Below are positions 20,686 through 30,149 of a stretch of 61,276 nt of DNA, piece by piece. Numbering within the stretch: the first letter of the stretch is position 1; every line of letters starts with the position of its first letter. Source of the DNA: a bacterium (lineage in GTDB: Bacteria > SZUA-182 > DTGQ01 > JAFGSM01); assembly GCA_049472335.1 (NCBI GenBank), contig JBLIRO010000025.1, forward strand, positions 1-61,276. The letters run 5' to 3'. A model generated the notes under the pieces. The model was not told where the DNA came from. It searched no databases and saw only the letters and a program-made list of their open reading frames with translations. A program made the translations under genes and the position numbers.

Positions 20686-22092
20686 ATGTTTAAAGAATAC
20701 AGAACTATAGGTGAAGTCTATGGTCCATTGATGTTTGTAAAAAAGGTGGAAGGTGTGACATACGAGGAATTGGTCGAGGTTGAGCTCCCATCGGGAGAGA
20801 TAAAACTCGGAAAGGTTTTGGAAGTGAATCAGGATATTGCCATGCTTCAGCTTTTTGGGACCTCTACGGGTGTCGATGTCCACGATACACGTGTCCGCTT
20901 TCTGGGTAAAGGTGTTGATCTGCCGGTATCAATAGATTTACTCGGGAGGATCTTCGATGGCCTGGGACGTCCGATTGACGGAGGGCCGAAGATATTACCC
21001 GAAAAGATGGTGGATATCAACGGATCACCTATAAATCCATATGCCCGGGATTATCCTTCGGAGTTTATCCAGACCGGGATTTCCGTCATTGACGGACTTA
21101 ACACACTGGTAAGGGGTCAAAAGCTTCCCATCTTCTCCGGTTCAGGATTGCCGCACAATCAGATGGCGGTTCAAATAGCCCGACAGGCAAGAGTGCTAGG
21201 AAAAGAAGAGGAGTTTGCAGTTGTTTTTTGCGCTATGGGCATTACCTTTGAAGAGTATGATTACTTTAGAACGGATTTTCAAAAAACAGGGGCTATAGAT
21301 CGGGCCGTGCTTTTTGTTAACCTGGCAAACGACCCTGCCGGAGAGAGGATAGCGACTCCCCGGATGGCGCTGACCGCAGCGGAATATCTGGCCTTTGAGA
21401 AGGGCATGCATGTACTTGTTATCATGACAGACATGACCAATTATTGTGAAGCCCTGAGAGAGGTATCAGCGGCCAGGAAGGAGATCCCTGGCCGGAGAGG
21501 CTATCCCGGATATCTCTATACGGACCTTTCGACCATATATGAAAGAGCCGGCAGGATAAAAGGTCTTAAGGGCTCGATTACACAGATTCCCATCCTGACC
21601 ATGCCAGAGGATGATAAGACTCATCCAATCCCGGATTTAACAGGATATATCACGGAAGGACAGATTATTCTCGGCCGGGGGATACATAGAAAGGGGATTT
21701 TCCCGCCCATTGACGTCCTCCCTTGTCTTTCCCGTTTAAGAGACAAGGGAATGGGAGAAGGGAAAACGCGGGAAGATCATGCCGGATGGTCAAATCAACT
21801 CTTTGCCGCATACGCAAGAGGGAAAGAGGCTGCAGAACTTGCGGTGATCCTTGGTGAGGCGGCACTTAGCGAAACGGATAAGATCTTTCTCGAATTTGCC
21901 AACCAGTTTGAGGATAGATTTATCAGACAGGGATCTTACGAAGACCGCAGCATTGAAAGAACTCTGTCCATAGGATGGGAGCTTTTGTCTATGCTTCCAA
22001 AATCTGAGTTAAAGAGGGTTAAAGATCAATACATAGATAAATATATGCCCAAACCGAAGAAACAAGAGGTTTCTGCTTCTGTTCCTCAATAA
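20686..22092 (+). CDS. atpB: V/A-type ATPase subunit B
   Basis: [44 protein letters not shown]. Confidence 0.97.
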   Translation: MFKEYRTIGEVYGPLMFVKKVEGVTYEELVEVELPSGEIKLGKVLEVNQDIAMLQLFGTSTGVDVHDTRVRFLGKGVDLPVSIDLLGRIFDGLGRPIDGGPKILPEKMVDINGSPINPYARDYPSEFIQTGISVIDGLNTLVRGQKLPIFSGSGLPHNQMAVQIARQARVLGKEEEFAVVFCAMGITFEEYDYFRTDFQKTGAIDRAVLFVNLANDPAGERIATPRMALTAAEYLAFEKGMHVLVIMTDMTNYCEALREVSAARKEIPGRRGYPGYLYTDLSTIYERAGRIKGLKGSITQIPILTMPEDDKTHPIPDLTGYITEGQIILGRGIHRKGIFPPIDVLPCLSRLRDKGMGEGKTREDHAGWSNQLFAAYARGKEAAELAVILGEAALSETDKIFLEFANQFEDRFIRQGSYEDRSIERTLSIGWELLSMLPKSELKRVKDQYIDKYMPKPKKQEVSASVPQ

Positions 22093-22116
22093 AATCAATA
22101 AAACAGGATTTGTAAG

Positions 22117-22740
22117 ATGAAGATTGAAACGAATGCAACTCGGATGGAGCTTTTGCGCCTCAAAAAGAGGATTCTCGTAGCCAGGCGGGGGCACAAGCTT
22201 TTGAAGGACAAACAGGATGAACTGATGCGCAGGTTTATGGAAATGATCAAAGGTTACAGAAAACTTCGCCAGATAGCAGAAGAAAAGCTTGTAGGCGCTT
22301 TTCAGGCCTTCATTCTTTCACGGGCTGTTACAAGAAAAGAATTCCTTGAAGAATCCTTTATGGGGAAGAAAAAGCCCATGGAAGTAAGTGTATCAACTTA
22401 CTCTATTATGAATATCAAGGCACCAAAGCTGGAATTAAAATCAATGCCGGATGTATTGTACACATACGGATTTTCCAACACCCCCTCGGATCTCGACAGA
22501 TCATTGTCCCTTCTGATGGAAGCCCTTCCTCTGATGATTCAACTGGCACAGACAGAGAAAAGCATAGAACTCCTTGCAGAAGAGATAGAAAAGACAAGAC
22601 GCAGAGTCAACGCCCTCGAATATATTCTTATTCCCAATCTTCAGGATACGATAAAGCATATAACAATGCGCCTTTCAGAGATGGAGCGGTCCAATCTTAC
22701 CCGTTTAATGAAGGTTAAAGATATCGTTCGGGCCCATTAA
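22117..22740 (+). CDS. atpD: V/A-type ATPase subunit D
   Basis: ATRMELLRLK...RGHKLLKDKQDEL; EIEKTRRRVNALEY. Confidence 0.96.
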   Translation: MKIETNATRMELLRLKKRILVARRGHKLLKDKQDELMRRFMEMIKGYRKLRQIAEEKLVGAFQAFILSRAVTRKEFLEESFMGKKKPMEVSVSTYSIMNIKAPKLELKSMPDVLYTYGFSNTPSDLDRSLSLLMEALPLMIQLAQTEKSIELLAEEIEKTRRRVNALEYILIPNLQDTIKHITMRLSEMERSNLTRLMKVKDIVRAH

Positions 22741-22753
22741 CTCTGATTGCGTC

Positions 22754-22783
22754 TTGACAAGACACCGACAATTAGCGTATTAT
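22754..22783 (+). promoter_or_regulatory. Probable sigma-70 promoter of trxA
   Basis: TTGACA 22754-22759, 18-bp spacer, TATTAT 22778-22783. Confidence 0.5.
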
Positions 22784-22885
22784 TTATTTATAGCTTAAAC
22801 ATAATCAATCAGTTAGGACAAAAAAAGAACAAAATACTGAAATTGAAACTGGAGGAAGGGATCTCAATAAAAAGGAGAAGATAAT

Positions 22886-23218
22886 ATGGCAGAAGAAGCT
22901 GCAGTAAAGATAACCGACGAAGACTTCGATAAAGAGGTAAAGCAATCCAAAATCCCTGTTCTGGTAGATTTTTGGGCATCCTGGTGTGGACCGTGCAAAA
23001 CCATCGCCCCTGTAGTTGAAGAATTGGCAAAGGAATATACAGGACAGATAAAGATCGTAAAAATGAATGTTGATGAAAATATGGAAACCCCTAATAACTA
23101 CAATGTCCGAAGCATTCCTACCCTTATTCTTTTTCAAAAAGGTAATGAATTAGATAGATTGGTTGGGGTGGTTCCGAAATCAACTCTCGAAGAGATGATT
23201 AAAAAGGTTCTTTCATAA
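22886..23218 (+). CDS. trxA: Thioredoxin
   Basis: VLVDFWASWCGPCK active site; RSIPTL cis-Pro motif. Confidence 0.97.
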   Translation: MAEEAAVKITDEDFDKEVKQSKIPVLVDFWASWCGPCKTIAPVVEELAKEYTGQIKIVKMNVDENMETPNNYNVRSIPTLILFQKGNELDRLVGVVPKSTLEEMIKKVLS

Positions 23219-23276
23219 AAAACGTAAATAATAGCCAATATATAAAAAGATCTTAATTACAAAATTTTATTAATAT

Positions 23277-23317
23277 AAACAGGCCTCAATTCTAAATTAT
23301 GAGGTCTGTTTCTTTTA
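23277..23317 (+). terminator. Intrinsic terminator-like hairpin between trxA and leuS
   Basis: AAACAGGCCTCA (23277-23288) / TGAGGTCTGTTT (23300-23311) followed by CTTTT. Confidence 0.6.
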
Positions 23318-23329
23318 TACGGAGTCAAA

Positions 23330-25873
23330 ATGCAAGGACAGATAAGCTCATACAAGCCAGCCGTTATTGAGCCTAAATGGCAGAATCTTTGGGAAAAAGA
23401 GAAAAAGTACCAGGTCAGCGAAGGTGGCAAAAGGAAAAAATACTATCTTCTCGAGATGTTTCCTTATCCTTCTGGAAAGATCCATATGGGACATGTCCGT
23501 AATTATTCAATCGGAGACCTGATGGCACGTTTCAGGATTATGCAGGGTTATAATGTGCTCCACCCCATGGGTTGGGACGCGTTTGGACTGCCTGCGGAAA
23601 ATGCCGCCATTAAACATGGAGTACATCCGGCGAAATGGACCGAGGACAATATAAATTTCATGAAAAAACAGCTAAAAAGAATGGGGTATAGTTATGACTG
23701 GGACCGGGAGCTCTCAACCTGTTCGGAAATTTATGCCAAATGGGAACAATGGCTTTTTTTGAAGATGTACGAACAGGGCCTTGCGTACAAAAAAGAGGCA
23801 CCTGTCAATTGGTGTCCCAATTGCCAGACAGTGCTTGCCAATGAGCAGGTGGAAAACGGCCGTTGCTGGCGCTGTGATGCGTTGGTGGCCCCAAAAGAAT
23901 TTAGTCAATGGTTTTTAAAGATTACCCATTATGCCGATGATCTGCTTTCAGGATGCGACTCCCTGACAGGTTGGCCCGAAAAAGTTGTAACCATGCAAAG
24001 GAACTGGATAGGCAAAAGCTACGGCCTGGAAATAGACTTTCCTCTTTCTGACAGGGAAAAATCTCTCAGGATTTTTACCACAAGACAGGACACTATTTAC
24101 GGGGCGACATTTATGTCAATTGCCCCGGAGCATCCCATGGTCCAGGAATTGAGCCAGGGCACCCCTCAGGAACAAGAGGTAAGGGCCTTTGCGCAACGCG
24201 TATCCATGCAGGACAAGACGGTAAGGACCTCAGAAGATGTGTCAAAGGAAGGGATTTTTACAGGAGCTTACTGCATAAATCCCCTGACGAGTCATAAGAT
24301 ACCCATATTTGTGGCAAATTTTGTACTGCCGGAGTATGGCACCGGCGCGATAATGGCAGTCCCTACACATGATCAAAGAGATTTTGAATTCGCTCAAAAA
24401 TATAATATACCGCTTAAGATTGTCATTCAGCCTCCTGATAAAAACCTGAAAGAGGAAGAAATGACACAGGCTTATACCGAACAGGGTATTATGGTAAACT
24501 CCGGTCCGTTTGACGGGCTTATCAACACAAAGGCCATGGACAAGATCGCTGACTATATAGAGGAAAAGGGAATCGGAAGAAGGACCACCAATTACAGGCT
24601 TCGAGATTGGGGGATATCCAGGCAGCGTTACTGGGGTAATCCTATTCCCATGATATACTGTTCCATATGCGGTATGGTCCCTGTGCCTTATGAAGACCTT
24701 CCTGTCAGACTTCCCAGAGATATTTCCTTTCCTCAGGATGGCAAGTCCCCTCTGCCCACTCTTCCGGAGTTTGTCGATTGTAAATGTCCAAAATGCGGAC
24801 AAGGCGCAAAAAGAGAGACAGACACAATGGATACCTTCGTTGAATCGTCCTGGTATTTTGAGAGATACGCCTCGCCGTCCTGGGACCGGTCTCCCTTTGA
24901 CAGCAAAGCTGTTGAGTATTGGATGCCTGTTGATCAATATATCGGAGGCATCGAACATGCCGTTCTCCATCTTCTATACGCACGTTTTTTTACAAGGGTT
25001 CTGAATGATCTCGGCCTGGTCTCATTCAAAGAGCCCTTCACCAATCTTCTAACCCAGGGGATGGTCATTAAGGACGGAGCAAAGATGTCCAAATCAAAAG
25101 GGAATGTTGTTGATCCTGATGACATGATAGGAAAATACGGTGCAGATACTGTACGACTCTTTTGTTTATTTGCTGCGCCTCCGGACAAAGACCTTGACTG
25201 GAGCGATCAGGGCGTTGAAGGGTGCTACAGATTCCTCGGAAGATGCTGGAGGCTTATTTTAGGCATCATGGATACAATTAATTCCAGGCCTGACCTGAAA
25301 ATGCAATTTTCATATGCCCAAATGTCAAAGGATGTGTCGGGCTTTAATAAAAAGCTTCGCCAATTGACCCATATTACAATACAGAAAGTAACAATCGATA
25401 TCGAGGAACGTCTTCACTTCAATACAGCTATAAGCAGCATTATGGAGATGGTTAACCACCTCTATACAATGGATATTCCGAAGGTATTGTCTCGCCTCCC
25501 ATCAGAAAATTCGATCAAAAAAAACAGAGACCTTTTTGCTGTCAGGGAGGCCATACAATCCCTTATACTCCTTCTTGCCCCTTTTGTACCACATATAGCC
25601 GAGGAAATGTGGAAGGAGACGGGTCAGGATTTTTCTGTATTTGATCATCAGTGGCCGGGGTTTGATCCTCATGTCGCCCAAAAGGATGAGATACTGATCG
25701 TAATCCAGGTAAATGGAAAGGTCCGCAGCAGATTGACGCTCCCTGCCGATTCACCTGATGAAGAGATAAAAAAGGCCGCATTGAGCGACCCAAAGATCAG
25801 GGAATGGATTGGAGAAAAATCCGTAAAGCAGATCATTCTTGTACAAAATAAGCTCGTTAATATAGTGGTTTGA
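23330..25873 (+). CDS. leuS: Leucine--tRNA ligase
   Basis: [13 protein letters not shown] (HIGH), [21 protein letters not shown]. Confidence 0.98.
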   Translation: MQGQISSYKPAVIEPKWQNLWEKEKKYQVSEGGKRKKYYLLEMFPYPSGKIHMGHVRNYSIGDLMARFRIMQGYNVLHPMGWDAFGLPAENAAIKHGVHPAKWTEDNINFMKKQLKRMGYSYDWDRELSTCSEIYAKWEQWLFLKMYEQGLAYKKEAPVNWCPNCQTVLANEQVENGRCWRCDALVAPKEFSQWFLKITHYADDLLSGCDSLTGWPEKVVTMQRNWIGKSYGLEIDFPLSDREKSLRIFTTRQDTIYGATFMSIAPEHPMVQELSQGTPQEQEVRAFAQRVSMQDKTVRTSEDVSKEGIFTGAYCINPLTSHKIPIFVANFVLPEYGTGAIMAVPTHDQRDFEFAQKYNIPLKIVIQPPDKNLKEEEMTQAYTEQGIMVNSGPFDGLINTKAMDKIADYIEEKGIGRRTTNYRLRDWGISRQRYWGNPIPMIYCSICGMVPVPYEDLPVRLPRDISFPQDGKSPLPTLPEFVDCKCPKCGQGAKRETDTMDTFVESSWYFERYASPSWDRSPFDSKAVEYWMPVDQYIGGIEHAVLHLLYARFFTRVLNDLGLVSFKEPFTNLLTQGMVIKDGAKMSKSKGNVVDPDDMIGKYGADTVRLFCLFAAPPDKDLDWSDQGVEGCYRFLGRCWRLILGIMDTINSRPDLKMQFSYAQMSKDVSGFNKKLRQLTHITIQKVTIDIEERLHFNTAISSIMEMVNHLYTMDIPKVLSRLPSENSIKKNRDLFAVREAIQSLILLLAPFVPHIAEEMWKETGQDFSVFDHQWPGFDPHVAQKDEILIVIQVNGKVRSRLTLPADSPDEEIKKAALSDPKIREWIGEKSVKQIILVQNKLVNIVV

Positions 25874-25941
25874 TTATTTATGAATTCACATTTCAGATCC
25901 TTTTATACTTTTATCTATCAACAAAAAGAACGAGCATTTTT

Positions 25942-26538
25942 ATGACCAGTGATCAAAAATTTCATATCTGGATACTTGTTTTTATTATTATTGTACTCTT
26001 AATCACAGGTTGCGGTTATCGTGTCGTAAAGCCTGATTCAAAAAATAGCTCTCCGGTCATCATTTCCGTAAAGCCTTTCAAAAACAAGACACTTTATCCC
26101 GAGCTGGATTGGAGGGTCACTGATTTCGTAATCATGGAATTGATCAACTGGCCCTGGGTAAAAATCTGTCAATGTGACAATCCTGACGTTATGATTTCCG
26201 GTGAGATACTTTCTTTCCAATCCCAAATACCTTATACTTATGACTCTGCACAAGATCCTCTGGAATACAAACTTATTATTGAAACGAGCTTTTCCTGTCA
26301 AAAAAAAGGAAAAGGCCCTATGACATCTTCGACCTCAAACAAAGAAGACCTGATCAAAGATACTGAAGAAAACCTTCTTGTGATCCCCAGGCTTCGGGAG
26401 GAGGAAATCTATTATCTTGGGCCTTATGATTTGGGGGATAGCAAGCGCGCCGAAAGAGAGGCTATGGAGCGAGCTATAAAAAGGATGACGAGAAAGGCTA
26501 TGGATCAATTTATGGGGACAAATATGTCATGTTATTGA
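25942..26538 (+). CDS. lptE: LPS-assembly lipoprotein LptE-like
   Basis: Lipobox LLITGC-GY, PFKNKT motif; conserved leuS-lptE-holA synteny; start chosen at ATG 25942. Confidence 0.75.
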   Translation: MTSDQKFHIWILVFIIIVLLITGCGYRVVKPDSKNSSPVIISVKPFKNKTLYPELDWRVTDFVIMELINWPWVKICQCDNPDVMISGEILSFQSQIPYTYDSAQDPLEYKLIIETSFSCQKKGKGPMTSSTSNKEDLIKDTEENLLVIPRLREEEIYYLGPYDLGDSKRAEREAMERAIKRMTRKAMDQFMGTNMSCY

Positions 26539-27539
26539 AAAAGGAAGAATTCTGGACAAGGATAGAAAAGGGAAAAACAGACCCGGTATACCTTCTTTAC
26601 GGACAGGAAGAATTCCTGATAAGAGAGGCCTGTGGCAAGATTGAGTCTTTATTCCTCGGACCCGAAGCAGATAAATTTCAATATCACCATCTGTACGGAG
26701 ATGAGGTTACCATCGATGAACTGATACAGCTAGCATCCAGTATACCCTTTGGTAAATCAAAGAGGGTAATAACCTATCAATTAACGGGCCGTTTAAAAAC
26801 AGATGATAAGGACCTTATTCTGCGTTATACGGATAGACCGGCCAAGGACACAATTCTTGTCCTGACAGCCTCAGAGATGGATGGAAGATCGGCCTTTTTT
26901 AAGCAAATAAAGGAAAAAACGATCGTTGTCCGTTTTTACCCTTTATTTCAAAACCAGGTTCCTGATTGGATAAGAAAACATGCAGCCAATGCTGCTGGCA
27001 TACAAATTACAAACAGCGCGGCACAACTGCTGGAAGAACTTATCGGATCGGATTTATCCCTTCTGACAAATGAGATCCAAAAGATTGCCCTTTATCACAA
27101 ATCCAAAAAAAGGATCGATCTTGAAGATGTGGAAGAAGTAGTTGGAAAGGCTCGCGTATTTTCTATTTTTGAGCTCACCCATAGCCTGGGAGAAAAGAGG
27201 GTAGGGCATAGCTTTCAAATTCTCCGGCAGATTCTGGATGCAGGTCAGGCCCCTGTGGGGATAATAGCCCTCATTGCTAACCATTTTCGCCGCCTGCTCA
27301 CAGTAAAAGAGCTTAATGCCATGGGTAAGCAACAGGCGGAAATTGCCCGGAGCATTGGGATACCGCCGACTTTTCTAAATGAATTTATACAACAGTCTAT
27401 ATTGTTCAGTCGGGAAGAAATAAAAATGATCTTTGGATGCCTTCTTGAAGCTGACCTGCAACTCAAAAGCAGTAGTATGTCTCAGGAAATTATACTGGGA
27501 TCCGTTATATTTAAAATTTGTAATCCTGATTCCATTTAA
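26529..27539 (+). CDS. holA: DNA polymerase III subunit delta
   Basis: PVYLLYGQEEFL, SIPFG, LIGSDL..LTNEIQK, LLEADLQLKSS; synteny. Confidence 0.93.
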   Translation: MLLKKEEFWTRIEKGKTDPVYLLYGQEEFLIREACGKIESLFLGPEADKFQYHHLYGDEVTIDELIQLASSIPFGKSKRVITYQLTGRLKTDDKDLILRYTDRPAKDTILVLTASEMDGRSAFFKQIKEKTIVVRFYPLFQNQVPDWIRKHAANAAGIQITNSAAQLLEELIGSDLSLLTNEIQKIALYHKSKKRIDLEDVEEVVGKARVFSIFELTHSLGEKRVGHSFQILRQILDAGQAPVGIIALIANHFRRLLTVKELNAMGKQQAEIARSIGIPPTFLNEFIQQSILFSREEIKMIFGCLLEADLQLKSSSMSQEIILGSVIFKICNPDSI

Positions 27540-27649
27540 AGGATCTATTCTACATAAACAACTTACTTCAATGTCAACCTGTATTTTTTCTAAGATCAAC
27601 AAAAGATATAATAAGACTCTTTATTTTCAAATCAAGTAATTAAATAAAA

Positions 27650-29719
27650 TTAATAATAGTAATTATAGGTATAGTAATTGTTAATTATAATATTTATTGT
27701 GCTATCTAAATATCCTGAGCCAAAAATAAAATTAGTTGCATATGGAGAGTTAACAATCATAGATAATGTATCTGAAGAGTTGTAGTAATTTCCGAAGTTT
27801 CTGGAAGAACTTAAATATGACAGTGGATAGTACGGTAAAAAAGAATTAACAAACAAAGGCATGGAATAAAATGAAAAATTATTATCTCGACCATTTATTA
27901 AGTATTGAGATAACAAAATATTATAAGCAGAAAGATAGGGAGAATATTGATAAATTTTATTATAATATTGATGTTCCTGCCTTTTTTTAACATAAATTCT
28001 AACCTCATCGGGTTCGGATATTTTTTTGCCATCACTTACCATTAAAGTTACAATTGTAGTACCAATAGGGAATGAGCCTGTTGGGGTTGGATTTGCAGGA
28101 TCATCAAATATTATTCCCGAAGCAAACCAGGCAAAATCCAGTGTTTCTCCTTCAGGATCATATGAATTCAATCCATCCAATTGAATAATTATTTCTTTAT
28201 CACCCTCTTTAACCATAACTTCCCGATCCGCACCCGCATCAGCAACAGGAGATAAATTTATTTCGTTGCTAACCATAAGGACCGTTATGCTGGCTTTTCT
28301 CTGAAAGGGATATCCATGAATGTAATCAGAAAAATCCTTGCCTTTCGAAGCAATAGCTATATCATTAAACATGGTCAGATTAAAAACATATAGTCCGGAT
28401 GAGAGCTGACATAGAGAGCCTTCTTCAGAAAAAATAGGACAAGGGGTATAAAAGTTAGAGAAAATACCATCAAGGGCTATCTTATCATTATGTTCGGGAA
28501 ACCCATCATCAAAAAGAATTATTTCCGGGAAAAATCCGTGCGGTCCGTCAACCTTTCCTTCAATTGAGACCTCTCCTATGAGTTCTTGTATATTTAAAAG
28601 GGCCTGTAACTGGATTAGATCAGATGGGCTATAAAAATGCATATCTGTATCTATGGAAAATATATTTAAGTAGTCCTCCTTATTTTCAGCTATTGCCTCA
28701 AACACATAGGGATTTTCTCCTGATCCATCCTGAGAGATAATCTTCATTTGCCAGAACCCTGGTTTGGTATCCTTGATCTTATAAATTTTATACATATCAC
28801 GAGAAATATAGCTTACCTCAGAATAAGGATAAATGGCAGAGGGCACAATGCCACTCAATGCTGTGATTCTGGTACCATCGGGATCGATAAGTAGGCATTC
28901 TAAATTTGAATCCTCGTTCATCCAATAAAGGATAAATGTCACCTTTTGACAATAAGGATCAACCGGAACCTGCTCAAACAGGTCTTCACCAGACAAAATG
29001 ACATTGAATTGCCTGGTTAATTCTTCGCCCCCTATTATCTCACTCCATAAGGAGGCAAATGAAGCTGGAAGAAAAATTTCATCCGGCATATAGTGGTATC
29101 TTCCTCCAGTCTCTGTTGCCAGTTCCATAAGGAGACTATGATCAACCATACTTCCGATACCTATTGAAAAGAGCATGGAATCCCGGTCAACCAATCTTGG
29201 GAGGACACCTTTGGCTTGAGCGCTGTCACTTGACCATTGATTGGATAATAATATAATAAACTCGTTATATTTATTCTCTTCTTCTAGTTCTAATACCCTA
29301 AGGGTCTCATTTAATCCCTTCCCTAAAAATGGTAATCCTTCAGGTATAATTGAACCGATGATGCTTTGGATCTCAAACCCTTTTGTATCAGAAACATCTG
29401 AAGAAGTGTCGGGTATGGAGCATTCCAATGATGCCTCCTCTGCATAAAAAATAAGACTAAATTTATCATTTGTAGCAATCAATTTTATAAATAAACTTAC
29501 TCCTATTTCGGCTAAATCCATCCTCTCTATATTATTAAACAGGGGAGTTCCCATACTTTGTGAACGGTCAAGGCATAAAATCCAATGACAAGAATCATTT
29601 GAATCTAAATACACCTCTTGGGCATGCACTATTTTCGAATAGTTTATGGGACCTGAAATTAGTAGAATAAAAGTAATTAATAAAATGAAAATAATAAACT
29701 TAAAATAATTATCTTTCAT
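27650..29719 (-). CDS. Secreted VWA-domain protein with choice-of-anchor-X-like and PKD-like domains and a Tyr-rich tail
   Basis: Signal peptide; LDRSQSM (MIDAS start), LATETGGRY; LFDDG...DKIALDGIFS; PVADAGAD...LDGLNSYDPEG; C-terminal ~110 aa rich in Y/S/N. Confidence 0.8.
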   Translation of the reverse strand: MKDNYFKFIIFILLITFILLISGPINYSKIVHAQEVYLDSNDSCHWILCLDRSQSMGTPLFNNIERMDLAEIGVSLFIKLIATNDKFSLIFYAEEASLECSIPDTSSDVSDTKGFEIQSIIGSIIPEGLPFLGKGLNETLRVLELEEENKYNEFIILLSNQWSSDSAQAKGVLPRLVDRDSMLFSIGIGSMVDHSLLMELATETGGRYHYMPDEIFLPASFASLWSEIIGGEELTRQFNVILSGEDLFEQVPVDPYCQKVTFILYWMNEDSNLECLLIDPDGTRITALSGIVPSAIYPYSEVSYISRDMYKIYKIKDTKPGFWQMKIISQDGSGENPYVFEAIAENKEDYLNIFSIDTDMHFYSPSDLIQLQALLNIQELIGEVSIEGKVDGPHGFFPEIILFDDGFPEHNDKIALDGIFSNFYTPCPIFSEEGSLCQLSSGLYVFNLTMFNDIAIASKGKDFSDYIHGYPFQRKASITVLMVSNEINLSPVADAGADREVMVKEGDKEIIIQLDGLNSYDPEGETLDFAWFASGIIFDDPANPTPTGSFPIGTTIVTLMVSDGKKISEPDEVRIYVKKRQEHQYYNKIYQYSPYLSAYNILLSQYLINGRDNNFSFYSMPLFVNSFLPYYPLSYLSSSRNFGNYYNSSDTLSMIVNSPYATNFIFGSGYLDSTINIIINNYYTYNYYY

Positions 29720-30019
29720 TTTCTTCTCTCCCTCTTAAAACCATAACATAATTTCAGGGCTTACTTATAGTTATCCCGGCGTGAATTCCAAAAACTCTAT
29801 TGAAGTATTGAGAATACTGATTGCTCCCATTAAAGACTAAATTTTTTGGCAATTATATTTTTTCAAATTACTACTTTTAATGAATATAAATGTTATCAAT
29901 AAATTATGATCTAATATGAGACGGTTTAATCAAAATTTCTAACAGAAAATCACAAGGATATAATGTAGTAAAATAGATCTGTATTTTTTCATATGGCCAT
30001 TTAAATAATCACCTCCTCA

Positions 30020-30059
30020 AAGGCCAAAGACATTCAATACCTTGCCTGTCTTTGGCCTT
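30020..30059. terminator. Perfect 13-bp inverted repeat between the two VWA genes
   Basis: AAGGCCAAAGACA (30020-30032) / TGTCTTTGGCCTT (30047-30059). Confidence 0.6.
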
Positions 30060-30149
30060 AAAAAAACAAATTATCTTAAGTTAAGTTGGCCTATTATCTA
30101 TTGGTTTTCCTTTTTTCACTCCATAAAAAATATAATCTAAGGCATTCTA

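Noticed and set aside
24242..24970. 242-aa minus-strand ORF
   Set aside because: Entirely antisense to leuS; no motifs
27547..27577. TTGACA...TAGAAT promoter-like element pointing antisense into holA
   Set aside because: 19-bp spacer is outside the normal range and the DNA is AT-rich
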